Shown here: one piece after another, positions 1-8,600 of the stretch
Position numbering within the stretch: position 1 is the stretch's first letter
Layout: each line of letters begins with the position of its first letter
DNA from: Candidatus Omnitrophota bacterium
GTDB taxonomy: Bacteria > Omnitrophota > Gorgyraeia > B26-G9
DNA length: 64,000 nucleotides
Reading direction: 5' to 3'
NCBI GenBank assembly: GCA_016213925.1
Contig: JACQZH010000041.1
Coordinates: 73,352 to 137,351 of the forward strand
Notes under the pieces: generated by a model
The model's input: only the letters and a program-made list of their open reading frames with translations
Told to the model about the DNA's origin: nothing
Database searches by the model: none
Position numbers and translations under genes: made by a program

Positions 1-1
1 T

Positions 2-817
2 GAAGGGCTATGGCAAGTTAATGAAACACAGGATGTGTTATCAATAACCATTGATTGGAAAAAAATACCTCTGCGCCAGATCTGGCAAATTAGAAGGATA
101 GAAAACGGATTTAACTGGCTTGTTTATTCGGACGTTAAAGCGCCGCTGAAAATAGAAAAGATAATCGGCGGGATCATGCTTGCTCCGGAATATGAGGAGT
201 GGTTTAATACCGTAGAACAAGGCAGATTCCCGCAATTTAATGAATCGTGGGAGAGTATTTTTTTGCAGGATACTAAAAGTAAAATTATAGGGGTAAAAGC
301 CAATGGGATACTGCCGGCGCTTATTGTAGAGAATTTGCAGCATGGAGAGATATTACTGCAAAATGCTCCGCAGAGCTGCTTAAGCAGGGCTTTACGCGTT
401 GAACTTAAAACACATAATGAGTTATTTGCAGCTAATCGATATAAATCTTTTAACTTGAATTTATACCTGATTTTCGGAGCAAAGAAATGCGAAAATTTTG
501 TTAAGCAGAAAAGCAATCAGCTGCTTAAGTCAAAAGAGCTTGGCGAAGGCAGTTTGCGGCTTAAATTATCCGATTCTTCCGTGCATCTTTTTTGGAATGA
601 TCTGCAGCTAAGCGTAAATCAGGGGCTGCATTCAGCATTGTTGGTCAATAACGAATGGTTTGACTCAAGTAAATGCGATTGGAAAATTGAAAGAATTAAT
701 GATCAATGCATTTATATTGATATTGACTGGAGGCCTCTGCCCGTGAAGCAATCATGGCAGTTAAATATTATCGATGAAAATTCTTTCTCCTGGAAAGTAA
801 AAACGTATTTTAAATAG
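2..817 (+). CDS. Trp-rich repeat-domain protein, 5'-truncated by the window edge; ends at TAG 815-817 but is in frame with the next ORF (probably the same gene)
   Basis: The frame is open from position 2 (EGLWQVNETQDVLSITIDW...). It contains two or more copies of a roughly 110-aa repeat (motifs G-L-W-Y/F-D-S-S...W; IDW..P..Q.W; KAGI.L...Y..WF....G.FP) that recurs in ORFs 839..3409 and 5669..9433. Confidence 0.5.
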   Translation, partial: EGLWQVNETQDVLSITIDWKKIPLRQIWQIRRIENGFNWLVYSDVKAPLKIEKIIGGIMLAPEYEEWFNTVEQGRFPQFNESWESIFLQDTKSKIIGVKANGILPALIVENLQHGEILLQNAPQSCLSRALRVELKTHNELFAANRYKSFNLNLYLIFGAKKCENFVKQKSNQLLKSKELGEGSLRLKLSDSSVHLFWNDLQLSVNQGLHSALLVNNEWFDSSKCDWKIERINDQCIYIDIDWRPLPVKQSWQLNIIDENSFSWKVKTYFK

Positions 818-838
818 GGGAAAACTGATTTAATTAAA

Positions 839-3409
839 ATGCGCTCGCTTGGACTGATTCTAAATCCGCAATATGATAGATGGTTCGGCGGGTACGAATC
901 CGGATTTTTCCCGGCGGAGTTTAGCGGCTGGCGTGAGATGATAGAAGATAAGGAAAACGGCTCGGCTGTAGGAGTTGTCGGTAATGAAAACCTTCCGGCA
1001 GTATTTTTTAAAAATACCGCTGATAATCAGTCAGTGCTTATTGTTCAGAACTCGGATGAAAAGTCAAAAGCCCGGTTTATACAGTCGGTGCTTACAAATG
1101 GAGGAGATATTTCGGGAAAATCTAATAATGAGGCGGATTTTTCCATAGAAATCAGCATTGTTGAGGACAATAGCCGAGTTGCGCAATATCTGGCAAAAAG
1201 GATAGACGAAGAAATTATCAAGAATGGGATTAGTAAGGGAAGTTTGAAATTAATAGCAGACTCCGGGAAAATGCGCACTTTCTGGCAGGGCAGGGAGATA
1301 ACTGCGGATATCGGTTTGCATACGGCAATATGTTCAAGCGGGTATTGGTATGATTCCGGGAAAATGAAGTGGCAATTGGATAAAGTATCGACGGACAAGC
1401 TGCTGATAAAGGTTGATTTTAATCCATTCCCGGCTATACAGACCTGGGAATTATTTCTTGAAGACGAAAAAACTATTTATTGGAATGTTACGATGGAAAT
1501 TTCAAAGCAGGTAGAGATAAGCGAACGCAAAGCAGGGATTATCCTAAATGGCGAGTATAAAGAGTGGTTTAATTCTTTCGAGCAGGGGGAGTTTCCTGAA
1601 CGCTTTACTTTTTGGCATGACATAATCCGCAATCGGGATGGAGAGACTTTCGGGGTTTATCCCGAAAGCGGGCTGCCTGGCGTTATGTTTAGCATAGATG
1701 ATAATCACTTATCGCTAATCCAGAATACGGATGAAAATATTAAAGGGCGTGTTTTTCAAGGGCAGGTAGTGGAAATTGAGCAGACAAAGAAATATTTACC
1801 GCAAAAGTCGCTGGATTATTTTAAAGGGAAAATAAGGCTTGTTGCTGATAAAAAGGAGATAATAGAGCATAAAAAAATTGCGCAGCCGCTTTCTTATAGG
1901 ACAGAGTCAATCTATTTGTATGGAGATTCGAAGGTCTTGCATAACCGTATTGCCAGGTGCGATGAATTCGATGCTAAAATTAAAAAAATCAAAGATTTTA
2001 TTGATCAGGGCATGCCTGTGTCTGTAGTTGTAGGCATTAGCCGTTATAACTTTTTTAAAATTCATGAGATTCTGCAGTTTTTGGCAAATCATCTGGGTAA
2101 AAATGCTGATTTTCGTTCATTTAAGTTATCGGTTTTTCCGCTTAATAAATTACGCAGGAATTTCATTGAGTATCTGGAAGAGCTGAAAAAAATTGCCAAA
2201 AATATCCTTGGCGTGGAATTTGCTTTAGTTGATGAGGAGTTGTTTAATATTATTATTTCGATTGGTTCTCAAGCAGACCAGGGTAATGAACGCCAGCTGT
2301 TAAGGCTTTTGGGAATAATCTCTGAACATGCTTTTATCGGGCCTCAAATCGTCGTTATTGATCCTTACCATAGATGTAATGCCAATTGTATACACTGCTG
2401 GGTGCATACGCCCGGGGTGCATCATTCTAAAGAATATTATGATACAAAGCTTGATTTGAAAAAATTTAAAAGCATCGCGGATGATTTAGCAGAACTAATG
2501 ACTGATCTGATTATTTTCCAGGGCGACGGAGAACCATTGATGAATGATGAATTTTTTGACATGGTTCGTTATGCCAGAGGAAAAGGGATTAAAGCATCTT
2601 TCTTCACAAACGGTATTTTGCTTAATAAAGATATCGCTAAAGAAGTTATTGAGATGGGAGTTGATGAAATCTTTTGCAGTTTGCCGGCAGGTACTGCTGA
2701 TACGTTTGCTAAAATAAATACAAAACAAAAACCTGAAATATTCTTGAAAGTGCTTGATAATCTAAAATATCTTTGCCAATTGAAAAAGAAAATGCCGGTG
2801 AATAAGCCGCGGCTGATTATGACACATGTCATACACAACATGAACGCGCATGAGCTGATTGAGATGGCAAAGAATGATATTGCTATAGGTGCTGATATAA
2901 TGAGGTTTTACCTTATCAGGCTTGATGAGAATATTGAATTTTTAAGATTAAACGCGGAAAACGTTAAAGATGTGAAGCGTTCTTTGCCGCAAATAAAAGA
3001 GATGGCCAAGGGCAAAAGCATTCAACTGCTGGATACAACGGAATTTCAGCTTAGTAATTTTGAGGAAAATACCGGCGCGTGGTCAAAGGATGTCTTCCTG
3101 AATAATGGCTGCACCTTGGGCTGGAATTTTTCTTTAATTCCCGCTTCCGGAGAGGTGAGTTTCTGCTGTCATTTACGTACAGTTGGTTATCTTGAAAAAA
3201 TGTCATTTAAGCAGATTTGGGATTCTCAAGAGTACAGGCAGTTCCGTTATCAGGCAAAATTTTTGAAGAAAAATGCCAAGACTAAATTCTTAAATGGGAC
3301 AACGATGTTTGACGATTACTGCCAGCATTGCGATACGCACCAGGTTATCCGTGATGTCTGGGATCAGTTTAAATTATACAAACTGGAAAAATTTTTCAAT
3401 GAAACATAA
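839..3409 (+). CDS. repeat-domain / radical SAM-SPASM fusion protein (continuation of the preceding ORF, same frame)
   Basis: N-terminus carries about 3 copies of the Trp-rich repeat (GYWYDSGKMKWQL...FPAIQTWELF...KAGIILNGEYKEWF). Radical SAM cluster motif CNANCIHC (CxxxCxxC) and GDGEP glycine-rich motif. C-terminal Cys-rich SPASM/twitch-like region (GCTLGW...SFCCHL...CQHCD). Confidence 0.7.
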   Translation: MRSLGLILNPQYDRWFGGYESGFFPAEFSGWREMIEDKENGSAVGVVGNENLPAVFFKNTADNQSVLIVQNSDEKSKARFIQSVLTNGGDISGKSNNEADFSIEISIVEDNSRVAQYLAKRIDEEIIKNGISKGSLKLIADSGKMRTFWQGREITADIGLHTAICSSGYWYDSGKMKWQLDKVSTDKLLIKVDFNPFPAIQTWELFLEDEKTIYWNVTMEISKQVEISERKAGIILNGEYKEWFNSFEQGEFPERFTFWHDIIRNRDGETFGVYPESGLPGVMFSIDDNHLSLIQNTDENIKGRVFQGQVVEIEQTKKYLPQKSLDYFKGKIRLVADKKEIIEHKKIAQPLSYRTESIYLYGDSKVLHNRIARCDEFDAKIKKIKDFIDQGMPVSVVVGISRYNFFKIHEILQFLANHLGKNADFRSFKLSVFPLNKLRRNFIEYLEELKKIAKNILGVEFALVDEELFNIIISIGSQADQGNERQLLRLLGIISEHAFIGPQIVVIDPYHRCNANCIHCWVHTPGVHHSKEYYDTKLDLKKFKSIADDLAELMTDLIIFQGDGEPLMNDEFFDMVRYARGKGIKASFFTNGILLNKDIAKEVIEMGVDEIFCSLPAGTADTFAKINTKQKPEIFLKVLDNLKYLCQLKKKMPVNKPRLIMTHVIHNMNAHELIEMAKNDIAIGADIMRFYLIRLDENIEFLRLNAENVKDVKRSLPQIKEMAKGKSIQLLDTTEFQLSNFEENTGAWSKDVFLNNGCTLGWNFSLIPASGEVSFCCHLRTVGYLEKMSFKQIWDSQEYRQFRYQAKFLKKNAKTKFLNGTTMFDDYCQHCDTHQVIRDVWDQFKLYKLEKFFNET

Positions 3410-4376
3410 GAACATTACTTTTTTATTCCAAGGAAGAAGGTTTTCTTTAAGCTTGGGCGGAAAACTTTGTTTGCTTGTGATAAGTATTTGTTTTGCGTTA
3501 ATGATTGCTGAGCTTGCAGTACGGGTATTTGTTAAGGTTCCATTGAAGAAAGAGTATATGAGGTTTGCTAGTTTGAATTACGCTTTTATCCCTGAAGCAA
3601 TGCGGGATAAAGAACTGCTTTGGCTGCCGCGCAAGTATATTAGACAGACAAAATATCAAAAAGATAATAATAGTAGGATAATTTGCATAGGGGATTCTAA
3701 TACTGAAGGCCATAGCAGCCTAAGGATAGAGCAAACTTATCCTTATGCATTGGAGAAAATTTTTAAACAAGAAGGGCATAACAAAACGGTTGAAATTATA
3801 AATGCCGGTTCTTCAGGATATAGTTCTTTTCAGGGGCTGGCGTATTTACGCAAAGAAATTTATAAATATGAGCCTGATTTAGTGATTAGCTGGTTTGGAG
3901 TGCAGGATAGTTCCTGCGCCTGGTTTTATGAAGATAAAGCGCAGGATGCCTTAGAATATCCGGATGATAATAATAGTTTAATGAATTCCAGCAGGTTCTA
4001 TTTATTTATAAAAAATTTTTTCTTTTTAAGTGAAACCTTAAGGAAAAAAATTCCGCGTGTTTTGCCGCAAGATTACATGGCTAATTGCCGCGAAATGCTG
4101 AAGATTTCCAAAGAAAAAGGATTTAAAATGGCATTCATTGTGCCGTTTCACTTAGATTTAAAAAAAAATAAGGTTTTTTATTATGAAGAATATAAAGAAT
4201 TATTGTTGTCACTTGAAAAAGAAACAGATTGTTTGATTATAGATGTTGTCCCCTATTTGTTTGGAAAGAATATAAAAGAGTTATTTTTGGATAGTTGCCA
4301 TCCTAGCGGTAAAGGCAATGATTTTATTGCCGGTATTGTATTTAACGATTTGAAACATAAACAGTTGTTTAACTGA
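3399..4376 (+). CDS. membrane-anchored SGNH/GDSL family hydrolase
   Basis: N-terminal TM helix. Block I ICIGDSNTEG (GDS), block III NAGSSGYSS, block V DSCHPSGKGN (DxxH). Start trimmed to ATG 3399, in frame and overlapping the upstream stop by 11 nt. Confidence 0.65.
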   Translation: MKHKNITFLFQGRRFSLSLGGKLCLLVISICFALMIAELAVRVFVKVPLKKEYMRFASLNYAFIPEAMRDKELLWLPRKYIRQTKYQKDNNSRIICIGDSNTEGHSSLRIEQTYPYALEKIFKQEGHNKTVEIINAGSSGYSSFQGLAYLRKEIYKYEPDLVISWFGVQDSSCAWFYEDKAQDALEYPDDNNSLMNSSRFYLFIKNFFFLSETLRKKIPRVLPQDYMANCREMLKISKEKGFKMAFIVPFHLDLKKNKVFYYEEYKELLLSLEKETDCLIIDVVPYLFGKNIKELFLDSCHPSGKGNDFIAGIVFNDLKHKQLFN

Positions 4377-4406
4377 AAATAAGCGTTGAAAAATTAAAAA
4401 TTTCCG

Positions 4407-5396
4407 ATGAGATTGAGATTTGCTTTTGGCAGGCATAAATATAGAGTCAAAAAAATAACACTGGTTTTTTTGTTTGGCACAGCTTTATTAGCAGCGTTAT
4501 TTTTAAGCGAGATCTTGGTCAGGTGTTTGTTTTCTTTTCCCGAAAGGGGATTTTATTTTAAATTCCGCCATATTAAAAATTTTTATATACCGCAAAGATT
4601 ACTGGATGGGGAATTATTTTGGAAGCCAAAACCTGAATTCCTAGGCTTAAAGTACGCGGAAAAAAAAGGCGATGGCGTTTTTCGGATTATTTGTATCGGA
4701 GATTCGGTAACGCAAAGTTATGATATTTCAGGCAGGCCTCAACCGCTAAAACAGACTTATCCCTATCAGTTGCAGTCTTTGCTTGAACGAATTATCGGTA
4801 AAGGCAGGGTTGAGGTTTTAAATGCCGGGATTGGAGGGTACAGTTCTCTTCAGGGACTTAGGTATTTACAGCGCAGTTTATGGAAATATAATCCGGATTT
4901 AGTGATAAGCTGGTTTGGTGTAAATGACCATAGTTTGGCTTTATTCTATCCGGATAAGGAGCAGCGGCTGTTTGTGAGTGCTGATATTAGGAAAAAAAAA
5001 TTACTTGAAAACAGTGCGTTATTTCTTTTTTTGAGGAATGAATTTTTTATAAAAAAAAAGCAGCGCGTGTCACCTGCTGAATATTTTGCTAATTGCGAGC
5101 AAATGGTGTTATTGGGAAAGGAAAAAAAATTTAAAATAATTTTTATCGCGCCATTTGAATATGAAAAAAAAATAAAGCGGGCAAATTATTATGACGAGTA
5201 TAAGCATGTATTGGAACTTTTGGCGGTAAAATATAATATAAGGGCCTTCGATATTTTACCGGCAGTTTGCATGTCTACGGATGCGGGCAATGTTTTTATA
5301 GATAATTGCCATTTTAATCCGGATGGCAATGCTATTGTTGCCAAGGCGATTTTTAATTTTTTGAAAGATGAGGAGTTTATACAAAGGTTAAAATAG
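4407..5396 (+). CDS. membrane-anchored SGNH/GDSL family hydrolase (tandem paralog of 3399..4376)
   Basis: ICIGDSVTQS, NAGIGGYSS, DNCHFNPDGN; N-terminal TM helix. Contains three A9 homopolymer tracts. Confidence 0.65.
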   Translation: MRLRFAFGRHKYRVKKITLVFLFGTALLAALFLSEILVRCLFSFPERGFYFKFRHIKNFYIPQRLLDGELFWKPKPEFLGLKYAEKKGDGVFRIICIGDSVTQSYDISGRPQPLKQTYPYQLQSLLERIIGKGRVEVLNAGIGGYSSLQGLRYLQRSLWKYNPDLVISWFGVNDHSLALFYPDKEQRLFVSADIRKKKLLENSALFLFLRNEFFIKKKQRVSPAEYFANCEQMVLLGKEKKFKIIFIAPFEYEKKIKRANYYDEYKHVLELLAVKYNIRAFDILPAVCMSTDAGNVFIDNCHFNPDGNAIVAKAIFNFLKDEEFIQRLK

Positions 5397-5684
5397 ATGA
5401 AAATTTTACTTGTTAATTTACCTTGGAAAAATGCTGATAGATGGGGAGTGCGTGCCGGATCGCGCTGGCCGCATATAAAGGACGCGACCGAAGAAAATTA
5501 TCTGGCTTTTCCGTTTTATCTTGCGTATGCCGCGGCGCTATTAAGAAAAAATGGTTTTGATGCAGTGATTATTGACGCGATAGCGCAACGGCTTTCCTAT
5601 GGTGATTTTTTAAAAAAAACTGAAGAACTAAAGCCTGATTTGCTGGTTGCGGAGACGTCTACAGTACCTTGCTTGAGCTTGTAA
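5397..5684 (+). CDS. N-terminal half of a B12-binding domain; fragment of the disrupted fusion gene that continues in another frame at 5669
   Basis: MKILLVNLPW...LAYAAALLRKNGFDAVIIDA...KPDLLVAETST matches the start of B12-binding radical SAM proteins. It stops at TAA, and the downstream ORF continues the same family alignment in frame +2. Confidence 0.4.
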   Translation: MKILLVNLPWKNADRWGVRAGSRWPHIKDATEENYLAFPFYLAYAAALLRKNGFDAVIIDAIAQRLSYGDFLKKTEELKPDLLVAETSTVPCLSL

Positions 5685-8600
5685 AAGCGCTTGAAAATAA
5701 TAACCCGCTGGGAACAGTGCAAGGGCTTATTTACCGTAATAAATCAGATGTGGTAAAAAACTCGCCGCGTACTTTAATTGCCGATTTGGATCAATTGCCC
5801 TGGCCGCTTCGCGAAGGATTGCCGGTTAAGCGTTACAATGATGCTCCGGGGGATATTCCTATCCCTTGCGCTTCAATGTGGGCAAGCCGTGGATGCCCGT
5901 TTGGCTGTTCGTTCTGTCTTTGGCCGCAGGTAATGTACGGGGGTAATTCTTACCGCGTGCGCAGCGTAAAAAACGTAGTTGATGAAATGGAGTATCTTAT
6001 AAAAGAGTTGGGATTTAAATCCGTATATTTTGATGATGATACCTGGAATATCGGTTCTGAAAGGATTATTGCTTTTTGTGATGAACTGGAGCAAAGAAAA
6101 TTGAATGTGCCGTGGGCAATTATGGCAAGAGCAGAATTGATGAATGAGTATTTACTCGAAAGGATGCGCAAGGCAGGATTGTATGCGGTAAAATACGGGA
6201 TTGAATCATCTTCGCAAAAGATCGTTAATGATACCGGAAAGAGGCTTAATCTTGAAAAAGCGGAGGAGATGATAAGGTATACGAAGTATCTGGGGATAAA
6301 GACTCATTTAACGTTTACTTTTGGATTGCCCGGAGAAACGCAGCAAACAATTAATGAAACAATAGAATATGCTTGCAGGCTTAATCCTACTTCAGTGCAG
6401 TTTTCTCTGGCAACGCCTTTTCCCGGGACAAGATTTTACGATGAAATGGAGAAAAAAGGATATATAGTCTCAAAAGATTTAGAAAAGCTTGATGGTAATC
6501 ACAGCAGCGTGATCAGAACGCAAAGCCTTAGCGCCCGCGAACTGCAGCAAGCGAAGAAAAAAGCTTATATAACTTGGAATAGGCATTGCCGGTTTAAACG
6601 GCAAAGGCTAAAATTTCCTCAAAAAACTATAAAGGAAAAATTTGACGCTTCATTGCTGGAATACGGGTTATTTTATACAACAATGAAAATTTTGCGTTAT
6701 ATTTTGAGGCGTTTGCTGATTATCCCGTGGAAAATCCGCAGCTTTTTTAATGCAAATCTCTGGATTATAGAAGAAATTATAACTGCCGGGAATATTTCGA
6801 TTAAGTTCGGCGAAGGGCAAGTGCGCGTATACTATAATAATATAGAAATTTCAAAAGGGATCGGGATTACGGCTTCATTTTATTACGGAGAACGTTGGTT
6901 TGATTCTTCTCGGGCTAACTGGAAGCTTGAGAAAGATTCAGAGAAAAGCATAAGAGTTAAATTGACCTGGGATGATATCCCCATACGGCAATCATGGACA
7001 ATTTTGATTGGTGAAGAAGGGAAAATAAGCTGGAATAGCAAGCTTCAAGTACAAACTGCAGTACAGCTGCTTGAGTATAAGGCTGGAATCATGCTTCAGG
7101 AGCAATATACTAGATGGAAAGATGAACTTGGTGTTGGAAATTTCCCGAAAATAACTCAATGGGAAGAAATTGAATTATATAACGCTAATTCCCGCAGGCT
7201 TTTTGTTTTTAAAGAGGCTGCGGAAAGTAATAGCCAGATGCCGGAAGTCGAATTAGCGCTGAAAACAGCAAACAGGCCAAACATATATCCGCAGATACAA
7301 AATACTGATATAAAAACGAATGCTCGGATTATTCAGATGCGCAGTTTGCGAATTGAGCAGTTTGTCCCGGGAGAATATGCATATTTTGATCTGGAAATAT
7401 TTTTGCATAAAAAAAACTTGATAGCGCAGAATGTATCTGCGCTTAAGAAAAGAACTCCTTTAGGAATAATTAAGGCGCAGATTGCTCAAAATGGGGCTTC
7501 TACGGTGCTGCGTAAAATTATTAAAAACCTGCATCCGGTAAAACTTTCGGATTATTATACGGATATTGTCGGAGTTATGGACGGTTCCTATGCGTATAAG
7601 GGGCCTTATTGCGTGCAAATCGATCTGACCAACGATTGTAATAACGATTGTGTCGGCTGCTGGTGTAATTCACCGCTTTTGAAAGAGCGAAAAATCAGCA
7701 AGGAGATAAAGCAGCAGGCATTACCTTTGGATGTAGTGAAAAAAACAATTGATGATTTGGCGCTAATGGGAACTAAAGAGATATATTTTGCCGGAGGCGG
7801 AGAGCCGTTTATGCATGCGCATATTATGGAGATACTTGAATATGTCAAAGCTAAAGGATTAAAGTGTTATATAAATACAAACTTTACGTTGGTAACCGAA
7901 AATATGGTTAAACGGCTTGTGGAGATTGGAGTTGATCATTTGGTTGTAAGTGTATGGGCAGGAACTGCACAGACATATAAGCTTACGCATCCCAATAAGT
8001 CAGAAGAGATGTTTTATCAGATAAAAGGGATGTTAAAGCTGCTTAATTCTTTAAAGGACAATGTGCCGCAGGTTAATGTGTATAACATTATTTTTAACCG
8101 GAACTTTAAAGAATTGCCGCAGATGGTTGATTTCGCGCTTGAAGCCGGAGCCGATTCACTTGAATTTACGGTTATTGACACGATCCCTGAAGCGACGGAT
8201 ACACTGATTTTGGACGAAGGACAACGTTTACAGGTTTGCGGTGATTGTGAGAATATTCAAAAACGTTTGGAAGGTGAGCTTAAGGGAAAGATAAAAATTC
8301 TTCAGTTTGAGCAATTCTTGCGCCGCGTGAATAATAACGCCGCGCAAAAAGCTGAATATGATGATAATATTCTCGCGGAAATACCGTGTTATATCGGTTG
8401 GATTTTTGCCCGGATACTTGCTGACGGAAATGTTAACTTTTGCCTGAAAGCGCATCGTATTCCGGTGGGGAATATTTACGCGCATTCTTTTTCGCAAATC
8501 TGGAATAACCGCAAGCAACAGGAATTCCGTATAAGAGCACTGTGCCAGGAAAAAACCGATCCATTTTTTTCGTTTATTGGGAATGATCCGAATGTTCAGG

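Noticed and set aside
815-817. Possibility that TAG (or TGA at 33389) is recoded as a sense codon genome-wide (alternative genetic code)
   Set aside because: TAG and TGA terminate many well-supported genes in this window. Each is immediately followed by an RBS and start of the next gene (for example TAG at 5394-5396 and 54466-54468; TGA at 4374-4376, 11082-11084 and 18714-18716). The two in-frame stops are better explained as gene decay or sequence error.
3294-3398. 5' extension of the SGNH hydrolase ORF overlapping the end of the radical SAM-SPASM gene
   Set aside because: The extension overlaps the conserved SPASM Cys region of the upstream gene in another frame. An in-frame ATG at 3399 followed by a TM helix gives a sensible protein start, so the CDS was trimmed.
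4160-5172. Poly-A tracts as sequencing-error-induced frameshifts in the SGNH genes
   Set aside because: Both SGNH ORFs read through their A9 tracts in frame with conserved catalytic blocks on both sides. The tracts as given do not disrupt the genes. They are reported only as potential slippage sites.
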